Assembly (NCBI GenBank): GCA_945873015.1 | Contig: CAMCBY010000001.1 | Span: 1 to 44,938, forward strand | Reading direction: 5' to 3' | Length of the DNA: 44,938 nucleotides | DNA from: Klebsiella pneumoniae | GTDB taxonomy: Bacteria; Pseudomonadota; Gammaproteobacteria; Ga0077536 | In this document: piece after piece, positions 1 through 12,628 of the stretch | Layout of the letters: every line of letters starts with the position of its first letter | Position numbering within the stretch: the stretch's first letter is position 1 | Translations under genes and position numbers: made by a program | The notes under the pieces: generated by a model | The model's input: only the letters and a program-made list of their open reading frames with translations | Databases searched by the model: none | Told to the model about the DNA's origin: nothing

Positions 1-108
1 CATGCGCGCAACATCTGCGAGAACGTGATTTATCTGGTCGAAGGCAAAGACGTGCGTCACGTCGCTCTGGAACAGGTAGAACAGGAATTACGCCGCGACC
101 CCGATTAG
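1..108 (+). CDS. phoU: PhoU phosphate-signalling regulator, C-terminal fragment (5' end upstream of window)
   Basis: Frame 1 reads [35 protein letters not shown] then TAG at 106-108. The [14 protein letters not shown] tail matches the conserved last helix of PhoU. It lies convergent to phoR/phoB. It is not in the ORF track because no start lies in the window. Confidence 0.7.
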   Translation, partial: HARNICENVIYLVEGKDVRHVALEQVEQELRRDPD

Positions 109-115
109 TCGTCTG

Positions 116-200
116 CCCTGTAGGTGCGAATTTATTCGCACATTAAAGCCGGAACTCGGCGCCGCGCCATGAATGTGCGAATAAATTCGCACCTGCAAGG
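116..200. repeat. Inverted pair of REP-like palindromic units, family A (core GTGCGAAT-TT/AA-ATTCGCAC)
   Basis: 116-148 is CCCTGTAGGTGCGAATTTATTCGCACATTAAAG. The reverse complement of 168-200 is CCTTGCAGGTGCGAATTTATTCGCACATTCATG. Each unit is itself a hairpin. The pair sits between the convergent phoU and phoR stops. A third unit lies at 40736-40769. Confidence 0.75.
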
Positions 201-201
201 G

Positions 202-1524
202 TCAGCCGGCGTCTCTCACCTGCGCTGGTGTCTGCTCACGCACATCCACCGCTTCGGCCAGGGGAAAATCACAGCGGAAGCGGCTGCCCTTGCCGGGCGT
301 ACTCTCGATGTGCAAGGTCGCGTTGTGGCGCACCAGCACATGTTTGACGATGGCTAGCCCTAGACCGGTGCCGCCGGCGCTGCGCACGCGCGATTGTTCG
401 ACCCGATAGAAACGCTCGGTCAGGCGCTCGATATGTTCGGGCCCGATGCCGATGCCGTTGTCCTCTACCTCGAAATGGGCGCCACTCTCGTCGCGATACC
501 AGCGGATGCGGATCACGCCGCGCTCGGGCGTGTAATGCACGGCATTAAAAATCAGATTGGAGAACGCACTGTAGAGTTCGGTGCGCGACCCACGCAGGCG
601 CAGATCGGGGTCAATCTCGAGCGAAAACAGGTGCTCGCGCTGCAGACTCAGCTCACGCGCGCGGGCATGGGCGTCAGCCACCAGCGCTGAAACATCGACC
701 ACCTCGGGTTGCGGCACGCGGTCTTCGCGTTCGAGATTGGATAACAGCAACAGCTCCTCGACCAACTGTCGCATACGTTCGGAATGGGCGGCCATCTGCG
801 TCAGTGCCGGACGCCAAGCGGGCGGTGCCAGATCGGCCTGTGCTTCAAGGGTTTCGAGATAACCGCGGAACACCGTGATCGGTGTGCGCAGTTCATGGGA
901 AACGTTGGCGACAAAATCGCGTCGGATCTCGTTGGCGCGGTGTAGCTGGGTGATGTCGCGCGCGACCAGCAACTGTTGTTCGCGACCATAGGGCGCGAGC
1001 AGCACGGACAGATAGCGTTTGGTATCGGTCGGGCTCTGGATCTCGATGGCCTGCTCCTCGCTCGCGTTCTCGATAAAGGCGCGCAGCGCCGGCAGACGCA
1101 CGAGGTTGGTGACGCGCTGACCAATGTCCTCCGGCCAGCGGATACCTAGGTCGCGGCGCGCCGCGGCGTTGGCCCAGCGCACTTCATTTTGTGCGTCGAG
1201 CACCACGGTGGCATCGGGCAGCGCGCGGGTCGCCTGCTGGAATTGTTTGAGATAACTGGCGAGTTTCTTTTTGCGTTTTTTATGGCGCTCGCGCAGGTAG
1301 TCGATTTCGAGTGAGAGTTCTTCAAACGCGCCGGGCGCTTCGGGCGGCTCGTGGGTCTTGTGGTCGCGCATCCACGACAACAACAGCTCGAGTTTGGCGT
1401 GCATCCAGATGATGTAACCGACCGCTGCCAGCAGCAGACACCATTGGATGCGCCCAAGCAGCGTGCCGACCACCAGCGCGGTCAGGAAGAGTGCGGCAAG
1501 GCGCCAAGCATCGCGCTGCTGCAT
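202..1524 (-). CDS. phoR: Phosphate regulon sensor histidine kinase PhoR
   Basis: 440-aa ORF with N-terminal TM segments. It has the H-box VANVSHELRTPIT and HATPase boxes (NLIFNAVHYTP, DNGIGI, GGTGLGLAIVKH). It lies immediately downstream of phoB on the same strand. Confidence 0.9.
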   Translation of the reverse strand: MQQRDAWRLAALFLTALVVGTLLGRIQWCLLLAAVGYIIWMHAKLELLLSWMRDHKTHEPPEAPGAFEELSLEIDYLRERHKKRKKKLASYLKQFQQATRALPDATVVLDAQNEVRWANAAARRDLGIRWPEDIGQRVTNLVRLPALRAFIENASEEQAIEIQSPTDTKRYLSVLLAPYGREQQLLVARDITQLHRANEIRRDFVANVSHELRTPITVFRGYLETLEAQADLAPPAWRPALTQMAAHSERMRQLVEELLLLSNLEREDRVPQPEVVDVSALVADAHARARELSLQREHLFSLEIDPDLRLRGSRTELYSAFSNLIFNAVHYTPERGVIRIRWYRDESGAHFEVEDNGIGIGPEHIERLTERFYRVEQSRVRSAGGTGLGLAIVKHVLVRHNATLHIESTPGKGSRFRCDFPLAEAVDVREQTPAQVRDAG

Positions 1525-1611
1525 AGGGGAGAACCTGCGAGAAGGGTGGCTGGATTATCGTACTTTCGGTGGTCTGGATGAAGAGTCAGGCCGCAGGATT
1601 TTCGGCCGCGC

Positions 1612-2304
1612 TCAGTCCAGCAGCACCGAGAAGCGGTAGCCGACGCTGCGCACGGTCTGGATGTAGGCCTCGCAGCCATAGGGCTCGAGCAATTTGCGCA
1701 GGCGCCGGATGTGCACATCCACGGTTCGTTCCTCGATGTAGGCATGGTTGCCCCACACGCTATCAAGCAACTGATTTCGCGAATAAACCCGTTCCGGATG
1801 GGTGATGAAGAACTGCAGCAGACGGAACTCGGTGGGAGACAGCTCTACCGGCCGGTTGTTGGCCAGCACCCGATGGGTCTGGGAATCGAGCTTGATGGCG
1901 CCCATTTCGATCACATCGAGGTCGCCGCCGGTCTGGCTGCGACGCATCACCGCGCGCACCCGCGCCAGCAGTTCGCGGGTCGAAAAGGGTTTGGTGATGA
2001 AGTCGTCGGCGCCGGTATCGAGGCCTTTGACCTTGTCGTTCTCGCTGCCGCGCGCGGTCAGCATGATGATCGGGATACCGCAGGTTTTGGGGTCGCGCTT
2101 CAAGCGTCGCGCGAAATCGACACCGCTGATGCCGGGCAACATCCAGTCGAGCAGGATGAGGTCGGGCGTCAGGGTGCCCATGGCGGTCTGGGCCTCTTCG
2201 ACGTCGCCGGCCTCGGTGAACTGGTAGCCGTCGCCCGCGAGGGTGAAGCCCAGCATCTGGCGGATGGCCGGTTCGTCTTCGACGATGAGTATGTTGGCGC
2301 TCAT
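1612..2304 (-). CDS. phoB: Phosphate regulon response regulator PhoB (OmpR family)
   Basis: 230 aa. Receiver domain (ILIVEDEP, DLILLDWMLPG, MLTARG) plus winged helix (LSPTEFRLLQFF, RTVDVHIRRLRKLL, VRSVGYRF). Collinear with PhoB. Confidence 0.93.
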   Translation of the reverse strand: MSANILIVEDEPAIRQMLGFTLAGDGYQFTEAGDVEEAQTAMGTLTPDLILLDWMLPGISGVDFARRLKRDPKTCGIPIIMLTARGSENDKVKGLDTGADDFITKPFSTRELLARVRAVMRRSQTGGDLDVIEMGAIKLDSQTHRVLANNRPVELSPTEFRLLQFFITHPERVYSRNQLLDSVWGNHAYIEERTVDVHIRRLRKLLEPYGCEAYIQTVRSVGYRFSVLLD

Positions 2305-2333
2305 GGCTGCTTACTATGTGTCAGTCACAGGAC

Positions 2334-2377
2334 TTGCGTGACACTTCTACGTGGTTTTTGTGACGGCTCGATGAAAC
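2334..2377 (-). promoter_or_regulatory. Putative Pho boxes upstream of phoB (11-bp phased CTGTCAC-like heptamers)
   Basis: On the phoB sense strand the sequence reads GTTTCATcgag CCGTCACaaaa ACCACGTagaa GTGTCACgcaa. The heptamers (plus-strand 2371-2377, 2360-2366, 2349-2355, 2338-2344) are spaced exactly 11 bp apart. Three of the four resemble the CTGTCAT/C Pho-box half site. Confidence 0.4.
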
Positions 2378-2599
2378 TGCGGGCAATCTACAGACCGCCG
2401 TGTCCTCGCTACCCGCCGTATGCTCAGGAAAATCTCCTGGCCGCAGCCGCGTCTGTGCGCCGGATCGAGGCTCGCCACGGTCGGCGCGTCGCATCTAAGC
2501 TAACCGTGCGTTCGGTGCTTTCTGGAAGGAAGCGACCCGACGCACCAGCCCCAGCTTACCCGAGGGAATACCCAAGGGATCATTCAAAGGAGACATGGA

Positions 2600-2872
2600 A
2601 TGTCCTCATTAAGACGTCTGCTCATCATTTTCCTCGTGCTTATGTCCTGCGCCTTAAACGCGGCTGAGCCGGTCAACCTCAATTCGGCGTCGGCCGAAGC
2701 GCTTGCGGCCGGTATGGTCGGTATCGGGCCGGCCAAAGCCCAGGCCATCGTCGAGTATCGCGATGCCCACGGTCCGTTCAAGACCGTCGATGACCTGCTG
2801 CAGATTAAAGGTATCGGCAGCGCGACCCTGGACAAGAACCGCGAGCGCGTCACCGCCGCCTCGAGTAAATAA
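2600..2872 (+). CDS. comEA: ComEA-type helix-hairpin-helix DNA-binding protein (periplasmic)
   Basis: 90 aa. Signal peptide followed by tandem HhH (VNLNSASAEAL, GIGPAKAQAIVEYR, GPFKTVDDLLQIKGIGSATLDKN). AAGGAGA lies upstream of the ATG. Confidence 0.8.
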   Translation: MSSLRRLLIIFLVLMSCALNAAEPVNLNSASAEALAAGMVGIGPAKAQAIVEYRDAHGPFKTVDDLLQIKGIGSATLDKNRERVTAASSK

Positions 2873-2909
2873 CGAATCAACGCAACCCTCCTCGGTACGC
2901 CGGGGTTAT

Positions 2910-2941
2910 GCCGGTTCGGGTCGCGAACCGGCATCTTTTTT
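2910..2941 (+). terminator. Rho-independent terminator after comEA
   Basis: 9-bp stem GCCGGTTCG/CGAACCGGC with loop GGTCG, followed by ATCTTTTTT. Confidence 0.7.
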
Positions 2942-3059
2942 GCGCCAAAAATGGCCCTCCTGTATGCTCGTCGGCCGAGCAAATCCCATCCTCACCCCGG
3001 TCTCCTGCGGTGCGGCGGTTGCCGCGGGACACTCCGATTTTCCAGCAAAAGGGCTTTAA

Positions 3060-5672
<2,613 letters not shown>

Positions 5673-5677
5673 AGCCG

Positions 5678-6226
5678 ATGACCTCGCGCACCCGGCTTGC
5701 GGTGTTGATGGTGCTGCTGGCGGTTGTCCTGGCGGGCTGCGGCGGCTGGTATCTGCGCGGCTCGAACCCCGGTTCGACGTATAATTTCCGCAAAGTATTT
5801 CTGCGCGGCGACGCGGCCGATCAGGTCACCCTTGCGGTGCGCCGCGAGCTCGTCAATCGCGGATTGCGCGTGGTGCGTCGGCGCTCGCTTGCCGACCTGG
5901 TCATTGAGATAGAAGACGAACGTTTCGAGCGTCGCATCCTGTCGGTCGACCCTGGCACGGGTAAGGTGCGCGAAATCGAGCTCGGGCTGCTCGCTCATTT
6001 CACCGTGCGTTCAAGCGATGGCAAGCTGCTGGTGCCGCGCGAACCGCTGACTTTTCAGCTCGATTATGTGTTCGACGAAGGTTCCCTGCTCGGCACCGTC
6101 GAACAAGACAATACCGTGCAGCAGGATCTGGCCGAGACGGCTGCCACCTCGCTGATTTTCCGTCTCGAATCCATCGAACTGCCACCCGACGCTGCGGCCA
6201 AACCCAAAGTCGACAGCAAGGGTTGA
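5678..6226 (+). CDS. lptE: LPS-assembly lipoprotein LptE
   Basis: 182 aa. Lipoprotein signal with lipobox LAGC. It occupies the conserved slot between leuS and holA. Confidence 0.8.
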   Translation: MTSRTRLAVLMVLLAVVLAGCGGWYLRGSNPGSTYNFRKVFLRGDAADQVTLAVRRELVNRGLRVVRRRSLADLVIEIEDERFERRILSVDPGTGKVREIELGLLAHFTVRSSDGKLLVPREPLTFQLDYVFDEGSLLGTVEQDNTVQQDLAETAATSLIFRLESIELPPDAAAKPKVDSKG

Positions 6227-6233
6227 TAGCGCT

Positions 6234-7271
6234 GTGCAACTGACCGTCGACCGTCTCCATGAGCGGCTGCGCGCGCAGTCACTGGCGCCGATCTATTTTT
6301 TTCACGGCGATGAGCCGCTGCAGTTGCTCGAATGTGCCGATGCGGTGCGCAAACGTGCGTTCGAAACCGGCATCGAGGAACGACGCGTGTTCGACGCGGA
6401 AACCGGCATCGACTGGCAGGCGCTGGCGGACGAGGGCAACGCCTTGTCGCTGTTCGCGAGCCGGCGGCTGTTTGAAATCCGCCTCGGTGAGCGCAAGCCC
6501 GACAAGGCCGGTGCCGAGATCCTCGAACAATTGGCCGCTCGCGAGCAGGCCGACGACATCGTGGTGGTCAGCGCCGGCAAACCGGACGCGGCGATGAAGA
6601 AGGCCAAATGGTTTGCCGCGCTCGAGAACCACGCAGTGTGTGTCGCGACCCGCGACCTGCGCGGCGCCGCGTTACCGGAATGGCTGGGCCGGCGTGCCGC
6701 GCGTTTCGGCAAACGTATCGCACCGGCCGCCGCTGAACTCATCGCTGACCGCGTCGAAGGCAATATGCTGGCGGCCGCCCAGGAAGTCGAAAAGCTGTGT
6801 CTCTTGGTCGATGCTGAACTCATCAATGAAGCCGATGTGCTGGGCGCGGTGCGCGACAGCGCGCGCTACGATGTGTTTCAGCTCGCCGATGCGGTGGTGG
6901 GTGGCGATCTGGCGCGCGCGCTGCGCATTATTCGCGGTCTGCGCGAGGAAGGCACCGAACCTTTGTTGCTCAACTGGGCGCTGGGCCGTGAACTGCGCCA
7001 ACTGGCGGGTATCTCGCATATGGTGGCGCGCGGCACGTCGGTGGATGCCGCGCTTGAACAATATCGGGTGTGGAGCAATCGCAAACCCGCGTTTAAACGC
7101 GTGCTGGCGCGCTTAAGCACGGATGACCTCATGCACCTGTTGGCGTACGCTAATTTCATCGATACCGTGGTCAAAGGCGCACAAAGTGGCGAACCGTGGG
7201 ACGAGATTGAGATTCTGACGATGAAGATGGGCGGCGCACGCGGCGTGGACGGCTTGCTGCGCACGCTTTAG
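6234..7271 (+). CDS. holA: DNA polymerase III delta subunit
   Basis: 345 aa. The leuS-lptE-holA synteny is conserved, and the N-terminal [13 protein letters not shown] pattern is typical of delta subunits. GTG start. Confidence 0.85.
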   Translation: MQLTVDRLHERLRAQSLAPIYFFHGDEPLQLLECADAVRKRAFETGIEERRVFDAETGIDWQALADEGNALSLFASRRLFEIRLGERKPDKAGAEILEQLAAREQADDIVVVSAGKPDAAMKKAKWFAALENHAVCVATRDLRGAALPEWLGRRAARFGKRIAPAAAELIADRVEGNMLAAAQEVEKLCLLVDAELINEADVLGAVRDSARYDVFQLADAVVGGDLARALRIIRGLREEGTEPLLLNWALGRELRQLAGISHMVARGTSVDAALEQYRVWSNRKPAFKRVLARLSTDDLMHLLAYANFIDTVVKGAQSGEPWDEIEILTMKMGGARGVDGLLRTL

Positions 7272-7279
7272 GAAACACC

Positions 7280-8566
7280 ATGGCTGAGTCAAGCAAACAA
7301 CCGAACACGATGGGCGACGACGTCACCGCCTATGTCGACGGCGTGGCACGTGACGCGCGCACTGCGAGTCGCGCGATGGCGCGCGCCACCAGCGCCGAGA
7401 AAAATGCCGCACTGCTCGCCATTGCGGCGCGTATACGTGCGCAGGCGGCGGAGATTCTGGCCGCCAATCGGGCCGACGTTGCGGCGGCCGTTGGTCTTGA
7501 TGCCGCAATGGTCGAACGCCTCACGCTCAACCCGGCGCGGGTCGAAGCGATGGCGGCCGGGGTGGCCGAAGTGGCGGCGCTCGCCGATCCTGTCGGTGGC
7601 ATTACCGATCTCGAATTTCGCCCCACCGGTATTCAGGTCGGGCGCATGCGCGTGCCGCTCGGTGTGGTTGGCATCATCTACGAAGCGCGGCCCAACGTGA
7701 CGGCGGATGCAGCGGCGTTGTGTCTGAAGTCGGGCAATGCCGCGATTTTGCGCGGCGGCTCGGAAGCCTTGCGCTCGAATCAGTTGATTGCGCAATGTGT
7801 GCATCATGGTCTCGAACAGGCCGGCTTGCCGGCCACCGGTGTGCAGGTCATCGCGACCACCGACCGCGCGGCGGTCGGCGCCCTGCTCGCGCAGGATAAA
7901 TACGTCGATGTGATCGTGCCGCGCGGCGGCAAGAGCCTCATCGAACGCGTCAGCCGCGAGGCGCGTATGCCGGTCATCAAACATCTCGATGGCGTGTGCC
8001 ATGTGTTTCTCGACGACAGCGCCGATGCGGCCAAGGCGCTTGCCATCGTCGTCAATGCCAAGACCCAGCGTTACGGCACCTGCAACACCATGGAAACCCT
8101 GCTCGCCACACCGGCGGTGGCGGCGCGCCTGTATCCGACTATCCTCGCCGCCTTGCATGCAGCAGGCGTTGAGCTGCGCGGTTGCGCGCGCACGCGCACG
8201 CTCTACGACAAAGTCATCGCCGCCAGCGAAGAGGATTGGTACGCCGAATATCTGGCGCCGATACTCGCGGTGCGTATTGTCGATGATTTCGACGCGGCGC
8301 TTGATCACATCACCCGCTATGGTTCTTTGCACACCGATGCCATCGTCACCGAAAACTTCGTCAATGCGCGGCGCTTTCTCGCCGAGGTTGATTCAAGCTC
8401 GGTGATGGTCAATGCCTCGACCCGCTTCGCCGACGGTTTTGAATACGGGCTCGGCGCCGAAATCGGCATCAGCACCGACAAATTCCATGCGCGCGGGCCA
8501 GTCGGCCTCGAAGGCCTCACGTCCCAGAAATGGATCGTGCTGGGAGACGGCCATATCCGTTCCTGA
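7280..8566 (+). CDS. proA: Gamma-glutamyl phosphate reductase
   Basis: 428 aa with an aldehyde-dehydrogenase fold, collinear with ProA ([32 protein letters not shown]). The start could instead be the Met 10 codons downstream. Confidence 0.93.
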   Translation: MAESSKQPNTMGDDVTAYVDGVARDARTASRAMARATSAEKNAALLAIAARIRAQAAEILAANRADVAAAVGLDAAMVERLTLNPARVEAMAAGVAEVAALADPVGGITDLEFRPTGIQVGRMRVPLGVVGIIYEARPNVTADAAALCLKSGNAAILRGGSEALRSNQLIAQCVHHGLEQAGLPATGVQVIATTDRAAVGALLAQDKYVDVIVPRGGKSLIERVSREARMPVIKHLDGVCHVFLDDSADAAKALAIVVNAKTQRYGTCNTMETLLATPAVAARLYPTILAALHAAGVELRGCARTRTLYDKVIAASEEDWYAEYLAPILAVRIVDDFDAALDHITRYGSLHTDAIVTENFVNARRFLAEVDSSSVMVNASTRFADGFEYGLGAEIGISTDKFHARGPVGLEGLTSQKWIVLGDGHIRS

Positions 8567-8590
8567 GTCGAATCGCGCCGGGGCCGCGCG

Positions 8591-9250
8591 ATGAGCGCGG
8601 TGGCGCGCGTGCGGGCTGCCGGTCGCCCTGTCGGCCTCATGGGCGGCACCTTCGACCCGGTGCATAACGGTCATCTGCGTGTTGCCATCGAGGCCTGCGA
8701 GGCGCTGGCGCTCGATCATGTGCGTTTGATTCCATTAAACGAACCCTATCACCGTGCCGGTCCGCTCGCTTCACCCGCTCTGCGCGCCGCGATGCTGACG
8801 GCGGCGGCGCGCCCACCGCTGGTGGTCGACAACTGCGAAATCGAGCGCGGCGGCGTGAGTTACTCCATCGACACCCTGGAAGTCATGCGTGCGCGTTGGC
8901 CGGATCGCTCGTTGTGTATGTTGATTGGCCGTGATGCTTTCCACGGACTGCCGCGCTGGCGGCGCGCCGACGAACTGCTGTCACTGGCCCACATCGTGGT
9001 CGCGGCGCGGCCCGACATCGGCACCGCCCACGACCCCGCGCTTGACGAACTGGTAGCGAATGCGCAGGCTGCGCGGGTGGATGACCTCCATGACATGCGC
9101 GCCGGCCGGGTGTTTTTTCTCGATATCCCCCTGCTTCACATTGCCTCCAGCGAGCTGCGCGCGCGTCGTGCCGCCGGCCGTGTGATTCGGCATCTGGTGC
9201 CGGAATCCGTCGACGACCTCATCATCGAACACTCTCTCTATCTCTCATGA
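8591..9250 (+). CDS. nadD: Nicotinate-nucleotide adenylyltransferase
   Basis: 219 aa with the nucleotidyltransferase motif GGTFDPVHNGH. The nadD-rsfS-rlmH order is conserved. There is an ATGA overlap with rsfS. Confidence 0.9.
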   Translation: MSAVARVRAAGRPVGLMGGTFDPVHNGHLRVAIEACEALALDHVRLIPLNEPYHRAGPLASPALRAAMLTAAARPPLVVDNCEIERGGVSYSIDTLEVMRARWPDRSLCMLIGRDAFHGLPRWRRADELLSLAHIVVAARPDIGTAHDPALDELVANAQAARVDDLHDMRAGRVFFLDIPLLHIASSELRARRAAGRVIRHLVPESVDDLIIEHSLYLS

Positions 9251-9618
9251 GCAAAAAAGAAGACAAGGCACTGGCGACCCTCGCCAAGCGCGTCGAAGCG
9301 GCGCTGGATGACGGCAAAGCGGTCGATATCCGCGTGCTTGATGTGCGCAAGCTGACGGTTATCACTGATTACATGATCATCGCCTCGGGCCGCTCATCGC
9401 GGCAGGTGCGGGCCTTGGCTCATCGGGTCATGGATACCTCGCGCGAGCTCGGTCAGCCGGTCATCGGTATCGAAGGTGAACGCGAAAGCGAGTGGATTCT
9501 GATCGATCTCGGCGGTGTGGTGGTGCATGTCATGCAGGCCGAAACCCGCGCTTTCTATCAGCTCGAGAAACTCTGGGAACAGCGCGCGCCGATAGAGCTG
9601 GAAGCCGGCCCGGCCTGA
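9247..9618 (+). CDS. rsfS: Ribosome silencing factor RsfS
   Basis: 123 aa with the RsfS/iojap pattern (DYMIIASGRSSRQVRALA, WILIDLGGVVVHVM). Confidence 0.9.
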   Translation: MSKKEDKALATLAKRVEAALDDGKAVDIRVLDVRKLTVITDYMIIASGRSSRQVRALAHRVMDTSRELGQPVIGIEGERESEWILIDLGGVVVHVMQAETRAFYQLEKLWEQRAPIELEAGPA

Positions 9619-9630
9619 ATCCTGGTTGCG

Positions 9631-10095
9631 ATGTTCATCGAGGTGCTGTGCGTGTGCCGTCGCCCGCCGGCGTGGGTGGCCGAGGTCTGCGCCGACTACA
9701 GCAAACGCCTCGCGCGCAGCGATGAACTGCGTTTCCGTTATCTCAATCCTGGCCCCGACGGCGCCGACAGTGCCGTGCGTCGTCGCGACGAGGGCCAGCG
9801 CATCATCAAAGCGCTGAAGCCCGGCACCCATCTGATTGCGCTCGATGAGCGGGGTGAGGAGTTGACCAGCGTTGAACTCGCGACCCGTTTCGGCACCTGG
9901 CGTGAGCGTCATGGCCATGTGTCGCTTGCGGTCGGCGGCGCCGACGGTTTTGATGCGCAGGTGTTGGGCGCCGCCGCAGAGCGCTGGTCTTTGTCGCGTC
10001 TGACCCTGCCCCATCTGTTCGTGCAGGTGGTGGTGGCCGAACAACTCTACCGCGCGGCGAGCATCCTCGCCGGCCATCCCTACCATCGCCCATGA
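9631..10095 (+). CDS. rlmH: 23S rRNA (pseudouridine1915-N3)-methyltransferase RlmH
   Basis: 154 aa with the SPOUT/RlmH pattern (LIALDERGEE, VGGADGF, SLSRLTLPH). Follows rsfS. Confidence 0.9.
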   Translation: MFIEVLCVCRRPPAWVAEVCADYSKRLARSDELRFRYLNPGPDGADSAVRRRDEGQRIIKALKPGTHLIALDERGEELTSVELATRFGTWRERHGHVSLAVGGADGFDAQVLGAAAERWSLSRLTLPHLFVQVVVAEQLYRAASILAGHPYHRP

Positions 10096-10685
10096 ATAAC
10101 ACCACACCGCTGCTGCATCTTGCCTCCCGCTCGCCGCGTCGCGCCGAATTGCTGCGTTTGCTCGGCGTGGATTTTGTGCTGGTTGACGTCGAGGTTGATG
10201 AAAGCCAGCAGGCGGCAGAGTTGCCGGCTGACTACGTCAAGCGGGTGGCCGAACACAAGGCGCGCGCGGGTCAGGCCGGACTTGCGCCGGGCGCCGTGGT
10301 ATTAGCCGCCGACACCACCGTCAGCATTGACGGCGAGATCTTCGGCAAGCCGCGCGATGAGGCCGATGCCAGCGGCATGCTCACGCGTTTGTCGGGGCGC
10401 TGGCATGAGGTGTTTACCGCGGTGGTGGTGAGTGTCGATGGCCGGCACTACACCGAGGTGGTGAAAACCCGCGTCGAGTTTCGCATCCTCGACGCCGCCA
10501 CCATCGCAGCCTACTGGCGCAGCGGCGAACCGGCGGACAAGGCCGGCGCCTATGGCATTCAGGGATTGGGCGGCGCGTTGATCAAACGCATCGACGGCAG
10601 CTATGGCGCGGTGGTGGGATTGCCCTTGTCTGAGACCGTCAATTTGCTGGAACAGGTCGGCGTCGGACATGGGCTGCGGTCTTGA
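10092..10685 (+). CDS. maf: Maf-like nucleoside triphosphate pyrophosphatase
   Basis: 197 aa with Maf motifs (LASRSPRRAELL, AADTTV, DKAGAYGIQG). The start overlaps the rlmH stop. Confidence 0.85.
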   Translation: MNNTTPLLHLASRSPRRAELLRLLGVDFVLVDVEVDESQQAAELPADYVKRVAEHKARAGQAGLAPGAVVLAADTTVSIDGEIFGKPRDEADASGMLTRLSGRWHEVFTAVVVSVDGRHYTEVVKTRVEFRILDAATIAAYWRSGEPADKAGAYGIQGLGGALIKRIDGSYGAVVGLPLSETVNLLEQVGVGHGLRS

Positions 10686-10858
10686 ATCAGTGGCGGCCGG
10701 CCATGCCAGGCGCACGCAACGATAAAGAGGCAGTGACGCTGCGTTGAGTGACAGCAGCGCGCTACACCGGCGCCTTTCATTCACTGCACCCGGTGGTTAA
10801 GATTCGGCGGCGCTGGTGCGTGCCATGGTGACACGTGCGGTGCGCGGAGACGCTTTCG

Positions 10859-11932
10859 ATGACTGAGCTGACAGCCGTGCCGCGGCACGACCAGATCACC
10901 GCTGCCTGGCTGAGCGCCGCGCTGCAGAACAAGGGCATAAACGCCACCGTGACTGACTTCGGTGTGTCTGACGTCGGCACCGGTCAGCTTGGTGAGACCA
11001 AACGTTTCGTATTGCGTTACCAGGGCCAGGCGCCGGCCCATGCGCCGCGCACGCTGGTCGGCAAGTTTCCTTCCGATAACGCGGTCGCTGCCGCCAGTGG
11101 TCGTGATCTGGGCTTTTATCGCTCTGAGGTGATGTTCTATCGCGAACTCGCTCATCGCGCGGTGATCCACACGCCCAAGGTCTATGTCGCCGAATACGAT
11201 GCCAACGATGGCAATTTTGTGCTGCTGCTGGAGGACATGGCGCCGGCCATCACCGGCGATCACATGCAGGGCTGCTCGGTCGACAATGCGCGCAAGGCGC
11301 TCACCGAAGGCGCCATGCTGCACGCTGCGTTCTGGAATGACGCCGAACTCGAGCGCCAGCCGTGGTTATATGTGCCGCCCGGCGCGCAAGGTTTCTACAC
11401 CACCGAGTTGCTGGAATCATCGTGGGATTATTTCGTCGCCAACTATGCCGCGCAGATGGACCCGGCGGTGATCAAGGTGTGCGAAAAGTTCGTCGCCTGT
11501 CACGCCGCCTGGAACGCACCGCGACCGGCACCGAAATGTTTTTCGCATAACGATTTTCGCGTCGACAACATGCTGTTCGGTGGCGAGCGCATTTGTGTCG
11601 TCGATTGGCAGACCAGCGCCTATCTCGGTACCGGCATGGATGTCGCCTATTTTCTCGGCAGCGCTTTCGACCGTGCCACGCGCAAGTCGGTCGAGCATGA
11701 CTTGCTGCGCGAGTATCTCGCCGCCTTGCATGCACGCGGCGTCAAGGACTATGACTTCAATCATTTGATGGCCGACTATCGGCACTACAGCTTTGCGGTG
11801 CTGGTGGTCGCGATTGCCGCCACCGTGATCGTCAAGAAAACCGAGAGAGGCGATCGCCTGTTCATGAAGATGGTGACCGATGGTGCCTACCAGGCCATCG
11901 ACAACGACGCCGTCGACGCACTTCCGTCCTGA
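10859..11932 (+). CDS. Phosphotransferase-family protein (APH / ecdysteroid-kinase-like CHK fold)
   Basis: Catalytic loop HNDFRVDNMLF and VVDWQTS metal-binding motif. ATG 10859 (GGAG 9 nt upstream) is preferred over the track GTG at 10835. Confidence 0.65.
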   Translation: MTELTAVPRHDQITAAWLSAALQNKGINATVTDFGVSDVGTGQLGETKRFVLRYQGQAPAHAPRTLVGKFPSDNAVAAASGRDLGFYRSEVMFYRELAHRAVIHTPKVYVAEYDANDGNFVLLLEDMAPAITGDHMQGCSVDNARKALTEGAMLHAAFWNDAELERQPWLYVPPGAQGFYTTELLESSWDYFVANYAAQMDPAVIKVCEKFVACHAAWNAPRPAPKCFSHNDFRVDNMLFGGERICVVDWQTSAYLGTGMDVAYFLGSAFDRATRKSVEHDLLREYLAALHARGVKDYDFNHLMADYRHYSFAVLVVAIAATVIVKKTERGDRLFMKMVTDGAYQAIDNDAVDALPS

Positions 11933-11944
11933 GGGGGAACCACC

Positions 11945-12628
11945 ATGCGGCTGGCCAAACAACATATCGACATCGGCATGTTCACCAACGACATCGAAGC
12001 GCATCGGCGCTTCTGGGGTGACACTTGTGGCCTGCGCCTGGACCACGAGTTGAGTTTCGGCGATGGCTGGGTACAGCATCGTTACGACGCCCATGACTCG
12101 GTCATCAAGGTCAATCAGTATCCGACCCCGTTTGAACCCACTCCCCCGACCGGCTACGTCGGGCTGACCATCGCGCGCGCCGGACAGCCGCTATGGCAGG
12201 GCCCTAATCCCGGCGGTGAGCCGGTGCGCCTGGTGCCGCCAGGCACCGACGGTGTGGTCGGCATCGGCATCACGGTCAGCACCCCCGATCCGGAGCGCAT
12301 GATGCGTTTTTATATCGAGGCGATGGAGTTCGAACGGGTCGCGCCGCGGGTCGCGCGTTGCGGTGACAGTCTGCTGTTCGTGGTCGAAGGGCCAGGTGGC
12401 GGTCAGATTGAGAACTTCGTCGGCCCGAACTTCCGCTATCTGACCGTGCAGATCTTCGATGCCGATGTCGAGTGCGAAGCCATTGAAAAGCGCGGCGGCC
12501 ACTATGTGCAGAAATGTCAGACCTTCCCCAAGGTCGCGCGCTATGGCTTCATCGCCGATCCGGATGGTAACTGGATAGAGATCTCGGCCCGCGCCTCGTT
12601 GACCGGCATCATGCCGCGCGAGGACTGA
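11945..12628 (+). CDS. VOC-superfamily (glyoxalase/dioxygenase-like) protein
   Basis: 227-aa ORF with good coding appearance. Its two-module layout resembles glyoxalase/bleomycin-resistance proteins. The assignment is from general pattern only. Confidence 0.5.
   Translation: MRLAKQHIDIGMFTNDIEAHRRFWGDTCGLRLDHELSFGDGWVQHRYDAHDSVIKVNQYPTPFEPTPPTGYVGLTIARAGQPLWQGPNPGGEPVRLVPPGTDGVVGIGITVSTPDPERMMRFYIEAMEFERVAPRVARCGDSLLFVVEGPGGGQIENFVGPNFRYLTVQIFDADVECEAIEKRGGHYVQKCQTFPKVARYGFIADPDGNWIEISARASLTGIMPRED

Noticed and set aside
7289-8332. 347-aa minus-strand ORF
   Set aside because: It is a shadow ORF antisense to proA with no protein-like motifs.
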